Shown in pieces: positions 24,360 to 35,166 of a stretch of 60,439 nt of DNA; the stretch's first letter is position 1, and every line of letters begins with the position of its first letter. Under the pieces are notes generated by a model, which ran no database searches, had not been told where the DNA came from, and worked only from the letters and a program-made list of their open reading frames with translations. Source of the DNA: Octopus bimaculoides (taxonomy: Eukaryota); NCBI RefSeq assembly GCF_001194135.2, contig NC_068981.1, positions 102,693,485 through 102,753,923 on the forward strand, written 5' to 3'. Made by a program: the position numbers and the translations under genes.

Positions 24360-25750
24360 ATCTGAAACGGGAAATATATGGTTCGCCTCGCCCTTCTTTC
24401 TTGAAGTTAAATCGTTACCGAAATTATTCTCTAAAATCTTGAAGGAAAATTTCCCAAAACATCATAAATACTATCCTATCTTCAACAAATCTCCTGTGAA
24501 ACTGTCGCACTCTACTACGCCGAATTTAAGATCGATTATAGCTTCCAATAATAGATCCAAACTTAGATTTAAGAAATCTACCCACCCAAATCCTCAGACT
24601 GGAACCCATAACTCAAAAACTGACACTAATTCCAATGAAAATATTACGCCAGGTCACCCCCTGCCGGTTGAGACTGATTTGACCTCAATTAATCAGAAAA
24701 TTCATGCTGATGCGGGGAGAAAAACATGTAATTATCGCATTCAGGACTCGTATCCACTTGCTGGATCCTGTTTACGCAGAAATGTAGTTTATACGTGTTC
24801 TGTGAATACCCCTGCCACACAGAAGGTAAGAGTTTACATAAGAAGTACTATTAATTTTAAACGTCGCTATAGGGCCCACTTGAATTCTTTCACTAGCTTA
24901 AAATATAAATTCTCTTGAACGCTAGCCACATATATACACGAACTTAAGCTAAAGAATACACAATATACATGGGTTCCAATATAAGGATTTGGATGAGTAG
25001 ATTTCTTAAATCTAAGTTTGGATCTATTATTGGAAGCTAGAATATACAATATTCATTGTCTTGGTCTATAATAGCAGAAACCCCTCCGTACAATAAAATT
25101 ACGCGTGTATGTAAATTATGTATTAAAGAGTCCATTAATATTTTCCGTCGATATGACTCTACATTATTAAATTAGTTCTCGGATGCTATGTATTCTTGTA
25201 ACCATAGATACCGTTCAACATTTAAATATTTAGAATAATCAGGTTAGATTGATCATTAAATTTTATAATTAACTACATTCCATCTAATATTTATATTCAT
25301 GCCACCCTCCAACTTCATCTTGATCAATAATTACCTGCTTATAATCTACAATATTTTCTAAATTCCACTTTTCACAGTTCCTGCTATAACATTTTCTCTT
25401 CCTGTTAACATGTATACCTCTCTATAAAATCAAAACTCATTTGGTCGTTGCAACACTGTATGAAATGTGAATCCTAAATAGTGTATTCTCCATGACGAAG
25501 GAGGCAGTATCTAATATTTGGATTGGAATATCCTCAAATCTATGGATTACTGTACCCCCTGAAACGGCCGTTGGAGCACCGTTACCTGATTATTTAAACT
25601 GGACCTCTTATATCTGTTATTTGGAAACTTCATTCTCCATGCTTAAAACTTTATTCATTCACTTTTTCGTAAGGACTTATATTTTCATTCTTTAAGATTT
25701 TAACAACGCTTTTAGTCTATTAATAGGATAGTAGTTCAAGATGTTTATAT
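24360..25750 (+). mobile_element. Penelope-like retroelement 3' part (Naiad-like linker + GIY-YIG + pLTR with hammerhead)
   Basis: IWFASPFF...ENFPKHHKYYPIFNKSPVKLSHSTTPNLRSIIASNN...CNYRIQDSYPLAGSCLRRNVVYTCSV...VYIRSTINFKRRYRAHLNSF...TLATYIHELK...YSLSWSIIAETPPYNKITRVCKLCIKESINI. Hammerhead motif at 25488-25576. Confidence 0.8.
25488..25576 (+). ncRNA. Type I hammerhead ribozyme motif (C3->A variant, long stem II)
   Basis: ctcc-ATGACGA-aggaggcagta...tactgtaccccct-GAA-AC-GGCC-GT-T-ggag. Stem I ctcc/ggag, palindromic stem III ACGGCCGT. Confidence 0.65.
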
Positions 25751-25814
25751 ATAATTTTATACATCAACATTTTTATACCTGAATTTGATTATATATATAT
25801 ATATATATATATAT

Positions 25815-25990
25815 GGCAATTTCTGTCTGTTTAACCGTCTCTCTGTTACCTACAGAGTGTCTAAATCACAGAGCCAATATTTACGAAACTTTGCATACAT
25901 GTGACACTAACATCCAGTTCAATAATAGGATAATTGGATTTCGATAAAAATCTATGATGTGCTCTCCCGGGGCGTTGGGCGAATTATATG
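25815..25990 (+). mobile_element. Possible Helitron/HINE-like non-autonomous fragment
   Basis: ctgtctgtt...agagccaatatttacgaaactttgcatacatgtgac resembles DINE/HINE bodies. Weak match. Confidence 0.25.
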
Positions 25991-26030
25991 ATAAAATGAG
26001 AAGGTTGCAAAATTATAAGTCCGACACACA

Positions 26031-26190
26031 GAAGGTGAGTTCTATCTGTGAAGGCGAGAACAGCAGTGATAATAGGATAGTAACGTTACTATGTCATATA
26101 AGGTAGTAACAGAAAGGGAAGGTGACTTCTATCAGTGGAGGCGAGAACAGCAGTGAGAATTGGATGCTAACGTTACTATAACTGTCATAT
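26031..26190 (+). repeat. 87-bp-period diverged tandem duplication
   Basis: gaaggtgagttctatctgtgaaggcgagaacagcagtga at 26031 recurs as gaaggtgacttctatcagtggaggcgagaacagcagtga at 26118. Confidence 0.85.
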
Positions 26191-26254
26191 ATACGCGACG
26201 CTGCATACATACTTTCGTAAATATATACACCACACACAACACACACACAACACA

Positions 26255-26306
<52 letters not shown>

Positions 26307-26539
26307 GAGGGTGTGAGGAATACGTAGTTTTAAGGAGAGAGGGGTAGGTGGCTTTTTTGCTGTCCATCGCAAAGAAACACTCCCGAAAACACTCACACAA
26401 ACACACACACGTACATACATAATAAATCCCCCCCCCCAAAAAAAACGGAGAATAAACACTAGAAAATAACAATGCGAGGACGTGGTACATACAAAGTATT
26501 AGCACACACGTATACACGCGCACACACCTATACACACGC

Positions 26540-26960
26540 ACACACACTTCAAACTGTCAGTCAAACACCTTTCTACTGACCCTACTTCTACGCACTTGTA
26601 AAGAGACACACAACTCAGGGAAGGAAAGAAAGGTGGTTTTACGTTTCGAGCAAAGCTCTTCTTCAGAAACAAGGAGACAGAAGAAAGTCCAAAAGAAAAG
26701 AAGACGGAGGAAAAAAAAATACGCCAACGATTCACATGTGGTTACATTTTGAAATGACCGGAAGGGAATGGGTGAAGAAAAAGTTCTTTCTAAGACAGGA
26801 GAGTGTAAGAGAAGGAGGTATGTGTGTATGTGTGAGTATGTGCGTGTGCGTACGTCTGTCTATGTGTGTAATAGCATGTCTGTGTATGTGTGCATGCATG
26901 TGTGTGTGTTGTGTGTGAGTTGTTTGTGTGGTGTTGGCTGTTTATATGTGTATGTGTGAC
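26540..26960 (-). mobile_element. Penelope-like pLTR/3' end
   Basis: The reverse strand has a CA-rich tract like those following the PLEs at 21.9 kb and 47.2 kb, then a pyrimidine tract and a minimal hammerhead. Confidence 0.6.
26636..26670 (-). ncRNA. Minimal type I hammerhead ribozyme with intact core
   Basis: Reverse strand gttt-CTGAAGA-a-gagc-ttt-gctc-GAA-ACGT-A-aaac. Stem I 4 bp, stem II 4 bp, loopless palindromic stem III, GUA cleavage triplet. Confidence 0.8.
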
Positions 26961-26964
26961 TGAA

Positions 26965-27560
26965 CCTTGTCTCTAAATGTTGTAGGAAGAATTCATTCCA
27001 TTATCTTTTGGGTGGAGTATTGAACTAATTGCAGCTTGTAAGTGTGAAACTTTAGGTGTTTGTGTAGGATTTTACAAACTGCTCTTTTGAGGAGGGGCAA
27101 CCCTCGGCTAGCTCTTCGTATTGACTTTTTGGTGCAGCGCACGAATTTTCTTCTAACTCGATCAATAACTTCCTTTAAGACTGATGGTCGGCCAGAATGT
27201 CCCTTTCTCTGATCACATATACACCTTTTCTGATTAAAATCGTTGTTCTATTTCCGAATGGACTTGGGTGTAAGTGGAATCGTATGATACTCGAGTCTGA
27301 AAGCATGTTGCAAGACCACAACACTGTTTGATCTTGCAAATTCCAGTACACACCAGCTGCGTTGCTGTGGAGGAGGCGGCAATTTTTAGATTTCGTTGAA
27401 TCCCTGTGGTTTTCGGGTCAAAGATGTCTAATCACGCGGAAAAAAAAAAAGAAAGAAATAACTGTTGTTAAAGAATCGGTTCACAACATGTTTATCAATA
27501 TATTTGGATTAGTTTAAATATCATCGTGAAATCAGGGAGTGTTTTTATGGATACCCTGTA
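26965..27560 (-). mobile_element. Tc1/mariner (rosa/DUF4817-type) 5' TIR and N-terminal DNA-binding region
   Basis: TIR TAcagggtatccataaaaac at 27560. Frame from 27382: LPPPPQQRSWCVLEFARSNSVVVLQHAFRLEY...KSIRK*...SGRPSVLKEVIDRVRRKFVRCTKKSIRRASRGL...VCKILHKHLKFHTYKLQLVQ. Confidence 0.8.
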
Positions 27561-27575
27561 CATGTATTATATATT

Positions 27576-27735
27576 GGAGCGGTTGTGTGGGAAGAAGTTT
27601 GCTTCTCAATCATATGGTTCCGGGTTCAGTTCCACTGCGTGGCACCTTGGGCAAGTGTCTTCTACTATAGCCTCAGGCCGACCAAAGGCTTGTGGGTGGA
27701 TTTGGTATACGGAAACGGAAAGAAGTCCGTCGTAT
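27576..27735 (+). mobile_element. SINE family A, 5' half (3' half probably in the gap)
   Basis: ggttgtgtgggaagaagtttgcttc...ggttccgggttcagttccactgcgtggcaccttgggcaagtgtcttctactatagcc. Confidence 0.85.
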
Positions 27736-28189
27736 ATATATATGTATATATATATATATATATATNNNNNNNNNNNNNNNNNNNNNNNNNNNNNNNNNNN
27801 NNNNNNNNNNNNNNNNNNNNNNNNNNNNNNNNNNNNNNNNNNNNNNNNNNNNNNNNNNNNNNNNNNNNNNNNNNNNNNNNNNNNNNNNNNNNNNNNNNNN
27901 NNNNNNNNNNNNNNNNNNNNNNNNNNNNNNNNNNNNNNNNNNNNNNNNNNNNNNNNNNNNNNNNNNNNNNNNNNNNNNNNNNNNNNNNNNNNNNNNNNNN
28001 NNNNNNNNNNNNNNNNNNNNNNNNNNNNNNNNNNNNNNNNNNNNNNNNNNNNNNNNNNNNNNNNNNNNNNNNNNNNNNNNNNNNNNNNNNNNNNNNNNNN
28101 NNNNNNNNNNNNNNNNNNNNNNNNNNNNNNNNNNNNNNNNNNNNNNNNNNNNNNNNNNNNNNNNNNNNNNNNNNNNNNNNNNNNNNNNN

Positions 28190-28220
<31 letters not shown>

Positions 28221-28233
28221 TATCAGTATGTAT

Positions 28234-28649
28234 AGCAATAATAAATCTCTGAGCGAGATGGAAACCGTAGCAGCACGACATCGTGAAGTATATTTGTCAC
28301 CTAAATGTGGCTGACCCATATGGGACGACGCTACTGTAGTTTATAGCCCCAAGAAGACATCTCCTCCAGCTGGCTAACGACACACTGTGTGTGCCCTATC
28401 AGTATTTGCGAAGGGAAATCATCGTTCCAATCTCTAGCCTTACGTGATACACACGGACCCGGGTTTCTGGGTAGTAACATGTCACCAGCGTGTGACAATC
28501 ACTGGCTAGGGGTGAGAAGTGATTCCGAACGCAAAATACTATATGCTTTTTCAAGTGACAAACCGTCGCTGACCTCGAAAAAGGAGAAACAAGCAATAAT
28601 AAATCTCTGAGCGAGATGTAAACAGTAGTAGTACGACATCGTGGAGTAT
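28234..28649 (+). repeat. 358-bp-period direct repeat of an unidentified element
   Basis: The 58-bp segment 28234-28291 recurs at 28592-28649 with 5 mismatches, then runs into a gap. Confidence 0.75.
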
Positions 28650-28835
28650 NNNNNNNNNNNNNNNNNNNNNNNNNNNNNNNNNNNNNNNNNNNNNNNNNNN
28701 NNNNNNNNNNNNNNNNNNNNNNNNNNNNNNNNNNNNNNNNNNNNNNNNNNNNNNNNNNNNNNNNNNNNNNNNNNNNNNNNNNNNNNNNNNNNNNNNGAAA
28801 CTTACTTGCATGGATGACGCGTCCGTTCGATCATG

Positions 28836-29158
28836 TAATACAAATAATATATGAGTATATGCATATATACGTACATGTATGTACATGCCTACATCTACAT
28901 GTATATATAGATGCATATCTGGGTACAGGACGTTGCAAAAAAACGTGGACAAAATGATAAACAGACAGGCCACATAGAGAACATTTCCTTCATCAGTTGC
29001 CACCATTCTAAACCTACTCTAAAACTACTCTGTTTATCCTTTTGTCCACGTTTTTTTGCAACCTTCTGTACCCAGATATGCATCTATATATACATGTAGA
29101 TGTAGGTATGTACATACATGTACGTATATATGCATATACTCATTTATTATTTGTATTA
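28836..29158. repeat. 130-bp inverted repeat with 63-bp spacer
   Basis: Arms 28836-28965 and 29029-29158 differ at about 5 positions. The two near-identical opposite-strand ORFs in the track reflect this. Confidence 0.9.
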
Positions 29159-29207
29159 TACATATATATATATATATGTATATATATACACACACACACA
29201 AAGAATG

Positions 29208-29245
<38 letters not shown>

Positions 29246-30589
29246 TAGCGGGGCAGGCGATAAAAACGATCTCGGGTTCAACAGTATAATTTTACAAATA
29301 CTTCCAATTTTGTTCGATTCCTTCCATATCAAATTACAGCATTAATTAATGCACTATGCACATTACTCAATCCATTTCAATTAACTCGCATCCGTAAAGT
29401 ATTGAAGAATCTAACTGGAAACTACTAAATTCTTATTACTGCCTGTAAAATCCTCTACTTGCCACATCTAAAAGGGTCGTTATCAGAAGGAGAGAGAGAG
29501 AGAGAGAGAGAGGTGAGGGGTGAGAGAAAGAGAGCGAGAAAGACAGAGAAAGAGAGTGGGGTAATAGAGGGGAGAGAAGTTTACAGTCAGATGGTGGTCT
29601 GAACAGCTATTCGAAAGACTAAACAATTATTTAAGCTTGCTATGATTATAATTAAATCGATAGACCAATCAGCTCTTCGTCCTGGAAAGCTGTTAATATG
29701 TAACCACTCGTTGAACTTCAGAGGCGAAACCTTTTTGTTCTTGTTACTGCTGCTGCTGTTGTTATTTAACCCCAAGTCAACTCTGACCCAGTGAACTTGT
29801 GAGATTAAAGGCGTTAAGCCACAAACATGTGGCCCTTTACTTTTCAGTAATTGTGTAGCTACGGTCATCCAGTCGTGAACATCACGTCATTGTTTAGTGA
29901 GGTCAATCTTGATAAAATAAATTTATGTACAAATGCATTCCAACCGTGACCACAATATCGCTTTGTATATATATATATATATATATATNNNNNNNNNNNN
30001 NNNNNNNNNNNNNNNNNNNNNNNNNNNNNNNNNNNNNNNNNNNNNNNNNNNNNNNNNNNNNNNNNNNNNNNNNNNNNNNNNNNNNNNNNNNNNNNNNNNN
30101 NNNNNNNNNNNNNNNNNNNNNNNNNNNNNNNNNNNNNNNNNNNNNNNNNNNNNNNNNNNNNNNNNNNNNNNNNNNNNNNNNNNNNNNNNNNNNNNNNNNN
30201 NNNNNNNNNNNNNNNNNNNNNNNNNNNNNNNNNNNNNNNNNNNNNNNNNNNNNNNNNNNNNNNNNNNNNNNNNNNNNNNNNNNNNNNNNNNNNNNNNNNN
30301 NNNNNNNNNNNNNNNNNNNNNNNNNNNNNNNNNNNNNNNNNNNNNNNNNNNNNNNNNNNNNTATATATATTTAGGACTATATTGTTCAAAGTATTCGTTT
30401 ATTTTAAAGACGCTTTGAAAGGAATTTGTTTGGTTTTTTTAGCATGTTGAGCAACCATTTAGAGGTTTTCTTGTCGGCTTGAGCACAAAGATGTGAGTGT
30501 GTGTGTGTATGTGTGTGTGCGTGTGTGTCTGCGTGCCTGCGGGCGTACTTGTGGCACAGGAATATAATCCAGCCATAATAAAATAATAT

Positions 30590-30870
30590 GGATCCAAATA
30601 GTTAAGATGTTCCTGGGTTGGATTCCGTTGTGTAACACACTTTTGGCGCTGTAAGAGAAACTGGGCAGACGGAAGCATTCTGGTAGCTGTAATCCAAGAG
30701 TTTGACCACGTTACACTCTGTACCACGTTGATTATGCATGAGGATTACCTTAAAAGTACATCTGTTTGTGGAATATCCGGGTACTTGCGCGTTAATTCAA
30801 ATAGCAATGAGCAGGTAGTTTTTGCTGATCGAGCAATTCAATACTCGTCGTCGAAACCGGTGGAGATCCT
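30590..30870 (+). mobile_element. Degenerate SINE family D
   Basis: gttacactctgtaccacgttg...aaaagtacatctgtttgtggaat...cttgcgcgttaatt...gagcagg aligns to the body of 59030-59398. Confidence 0.55.
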
Positions 30871-32559
30871 TATTTGTCGTTTATCTAAACATGTGCAATA
30901 AAAACATATCTACGCCTTCTATGTAGCTAACTTGGAGCAGATCGCTGGAACGACTAAGAGATTAGAAGATTAATGCCGAGAGACTCGGTTTCATTTCCGT
31001 TCTCTTACGCAGATGATGGTTTCGGGAAACGCACGAATATTACTTTTTCTTCCTTTCACAACACACACTCATTATTTTTAGTATAAATAAATAAATAAAT
31101 AACGCAAAAAGACAATAAATATAGCTTTATAACATTGTTTATTTTGCGAATATTTTTAAGAGTCAATGTATATTGTGTTTCGTAAATAATTTGGTTATCT
31201 TATAAACATCTGAGATTTAAAAAAGATTTTGTATGTATGGAAACGAATTTACACAACACAGACACAGACACAGTCACACACACACACGCACGCACACCCA
31301 AATACGTACATACTATGTATATATATATATATGTGTGTATATATCTGTATATGTGTGTGTTTGTACACGCACACACATATACATATGTATCTATATATGC
31401 TAGATATAATTTATATATATACGTGTTTGTGTGTGCGTAGATTTTATTTTGCAAGTACACACACACACAGATACATACAAACATATACACATAAATACTT
31501 GCTCTTAGAATGACAAGTCTCAAATGTAAAACCCGCCCCGAAAAAACCATCGGCAAGCACTTTAACTGATATTTTTTGCAATTTATCTTGTTTGGTTGTT
31601 TTTCCTGTCTAGTCTTGTATAATTTTCAAGAGATACCGTTTCGACTGAAGTGAAGAATAAATGGCCCAAGTGTTTATCGCTAACATTTATTGGTTGCGTA
31701 TTAAGTTCCTGCCTCTTGAGATTAAGACAAACCCAGAGGCAAGTGTTTGGTATTTTGTTGTATTTTCTATAAAACATTTTTGTTTTGTTTTTATTGGCAT
31801 ATAAAATAAATTGTTATACTGTATTATAGAAAAAAACTGTAGATTTTAGCCAATGTCATGTAATAGATAGGTGTAAGCACCTTATCCATTTAACCAATAT
31901 TGTATAATCACTGTATCAATGTATCGGCCAAGCATGACCAAGGACAGTTGTTAAACCAATTGGATGCTACAACCATGAAGTGCAAGCCATTTTGTTTCCT
32001 ACATCGGAATGGCACTAGATATTTTCCCTATTTTTTTTGGTTTTAGAAATTCTGATATTCAGACATCATCAGTTTTTACTTTTGTTTTTCTTTCATTTTT
32101 TTTTTGTTTCTTCTTTTAATTTTGCAAAAGTGCGAAAGAAAATGTGGAATTGCTGTCACTGCTGTTGTTGTTAACAGTTGTTTCTGTTTCGTTGTTGCTG
32201 CTGGTGTTTAACTGCAAGTAAGTTGTGACAGAACAAATCTATTATAAAACGCGTTCCAGCTATGACCAACTCGTTGTTTCCTTTATACTTAGCAAGTCTA
32301 GGAGAGTAGGGAGTGAATCATGTGAGATTTAGCTGCTAATTGTAGCAGGTTGACCGACCAGGTAGAAAGCTCCCTAACTGGGAGACGAGTAGTTTCACTT
32401 TAGCCCCAGGCCAATACTGATTAATTAGACCTGTGATCAAAGATGCTTAAGCCGTGACAATCCTGTCTTTGTATTTTTTTCGTTGCTTTCACGGATTCTC
32501 ATCACTCTGTCGCCATTCAATTCCATTGTGATGTTTTCGAATTGGGATCTTGAGTCATA

Positions 32560-32830
32560 GTGAATTTTTCATTAGCTGATTACGCAACCATGCATGCCAC
32601 CCTTACAGCTGCATTGCAGTTACTCTCTTGATAAAGTTTGGTGATCCTGACTATTGATCTTCTCGGATTCCTCTGCTCAACATCAATGTAAGAAGCACCA
32701 TTGGTTCAGCTGAGCTCTTCTGCTACCACTTCACAATCTGCCATGCTGCAATCCCATGTATCTGCCGGATCCTTGGCAGAGTGGCTGAACGAGTGCTATA
32801 TCTTGCCAAAGGGCTGCCCGTAACTATACA
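32560..32830 (-). mobile_element. Highly degenerate LINE (RTE-like) RT fragment
   Basis: Reverse frames give IAAWQIVK.., RGI.. and IVRITKLYQES..AAVRV, resembling IF.LRQI.EK / GIP...I.LI..LY....AAVR. Confidence 0.4.
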
Positions 32831-33226
32831 AGGTACCCATATTTAAGGTATAATATATATTGGACTTCATCTAGATATATCTCCCCTTTTTAAGACAATA
32901 AGGTATAATGTGAGAATGATTTGGTTCCTCTCTGACCAATTCCTGGTATTTACTTAAGAGTTAGGTAGACTGGATCGTTGAGAGTTAAGTGTTTTAGTCA
33001 CAAACAAATCGGAGTAGGTGACATAATACGAGCCGGTTTGTACTTTGTATACATTGTTTAATAACAATCTTTGTTGTGAAAATTTCTTGTCTGCCAATCT
33101 CTTATTACTCTTATTGTTTAGCTTAAGGATTTCCTGCTCGGGCAAGCTCATAGAATATGTGAGATTACATTCACTATGTGCACTTTCTTTATTTCAGACA
33201 ATAAAATGTGATTTCAAGGAGACTTG

Positions 33227-33288
33227 AAGCTACTATGCAGTCGTACGGCCTGCTAGAAATAGCAGGCTATACGACTGCGTAGTAGCTT
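33227..33288. repeat. 29-bp-stem hairpin with GAAA loop
   Basis: aagctactatgcagtcgtacggcctgcta-GAAA-tagcaggctatacgactgcgtagtagctt. Confidence 0.9.
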
Positions 33289-33526
33289 ACTTATTTACAG
33301 TAGGTGGGTAGCTGGTAAACGTTCGGTGAACAGAATATGAATCCTAATTTTGATCATGATCATAGACAACATCTCAATCCGAGTACAACACAACTAATTC
33401 CACCACGTCATGAAGTGAATTATTCTGATTTAATATCCCGTTTATGGATACTTCTGATCATGAAAGACACCAAGAAATGGTCGTTATTTATTCCATTACT
33501 TGTGTGGTATGCATAAATATTTAGAC

Positions 33527-33587
<61 letters not shown>

Positions 33588-34074
33588 TATTGTTTTTCAA
33601 ATAAAATTTTATTAGCAAACAATTAAAATTTCCAATCACCTCAGGTCACACGTCAAGAAATTCGTTATAAACATCTTGTCAAGCTTTATATAATTGTACC
33701 GAGGTAGTTTCTCGTTATTTCCGGTTTTGCAAGGTCATGACTTTCTTTTCTGCCTGCAGGCAATCTTTCAATTGCCTCTATTAAGGATCTTACCTTAGAT
33801 TGTTCCTTAAGGCTATATGAAGTTTATTTAATTATCTTTCTTTAAATTCATTAGTTTGTAATTAGAAATTTAATGATCATCATTTGACGATCACTATTTT
33901 ATGTTGTTTCATGCACAATCAAATATTTTGCACTAACGAAAGGTGTTGATTATACATTTTTATAGCTACATTTATTTATGTTTATTACCGTTGAGCAAAA
34001 ATACCACAAAAAACACCAACCATAGGGTTAAAAAAATAACGAAGAGATTATATGTGGTATTACAATAATAATCA

Positions 34075-34900
34075 TTTCTAATTTTGGCTGAAGGCAGCAA
34101 TTTTAAGAGGAGGGAGAAGTTGACTATATCAACCTCAGTGCTCAACCGAAACTTATTTTATCAACCCTAAAAGGTTGAAAGATCAAGTTGACCTCGGCGG
34201 AATTTGAACTCAGAGCCGTAAAGTAATGCTAAACATTTTTGCCCGGCATGCTAACGCTTCTGCAAGCTTGCCGCTTTCACGATTACTATAATAATCCTTT
34301 CTACTATAGGTACAGGGCCTGAAATTCTGTGGGAGAGGAATAGTCAATTACATCGACTCCAGTGCTCAAATGGTACTTATTTAATCGACCCGAAAGGATG
34401 AAAGGCAAAGTCGATCTCGGTGGAAGTTGAACTCAAAATGTGCGAACGGATGAAACACAACTAAGCATTTTGCCCGGTGTGCTATCCATTCTGCCAGCTC
34501 GCTGCCTTAATGTAAGTAAATATATTGGTTTCAAATTTTGGCACAAGGCTAGCATTTTGAGGGAGGGGAGGAGTCGATGACATCAACCCCAGAGCTCAAC
34601 TGGTACATATTTCATCGACCCCAAGGAGGATGTAAAGCAAAATTGACTTCAGTGGCATTTGAACTCAGAACCGTAAAAAAATTCTGCTGAGCATTTTTAT
34701 CTAACGATCTGCCAGCTCGCCGCCTCCAGTATTACTATAATAATAACGTCTAACGTATCGAGGGATTTGTGGGAATAGGGGGAACAGTCGATTATATAAA
34801 CCCTAGTACTTTATTTTATCAAGCATGAAAAGCAAAGCTGATATCGGTGGTGAGAGATTAGAACACAAGAATTTTTGTCCAGCACTCTAATGATTTTGTC
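34075..34900 (-). mobile_element. Cluster of four head-to-tail SINE family B copies
   Basis: Copies at about 34075-34280, 34290-34510, 34525-34725 and 34755-34900. Confidence 0.85.
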
Positions 34901-35127
34901 AATCCCTAAATAACTGACCCTACTATACTGTGTAGTCTACAAAATCAAAAACGAACGAAGCGTATGTGCGAAATAAAAAATGTAAAATGGCAACAATTTA
35001 CCCGTCGCACCCTGTATGTGTACGTGTGTGTACGTGTGTGTATGCCATCGTTCTTGTGTTGGTGTTGATGCGTAATTTTTATTTTCCGGTTCTTATCATA
35101 GTTGTTTCTACGTATGTGTGTGTGTGT

Positions 35128-35166
<39 letters not shown>

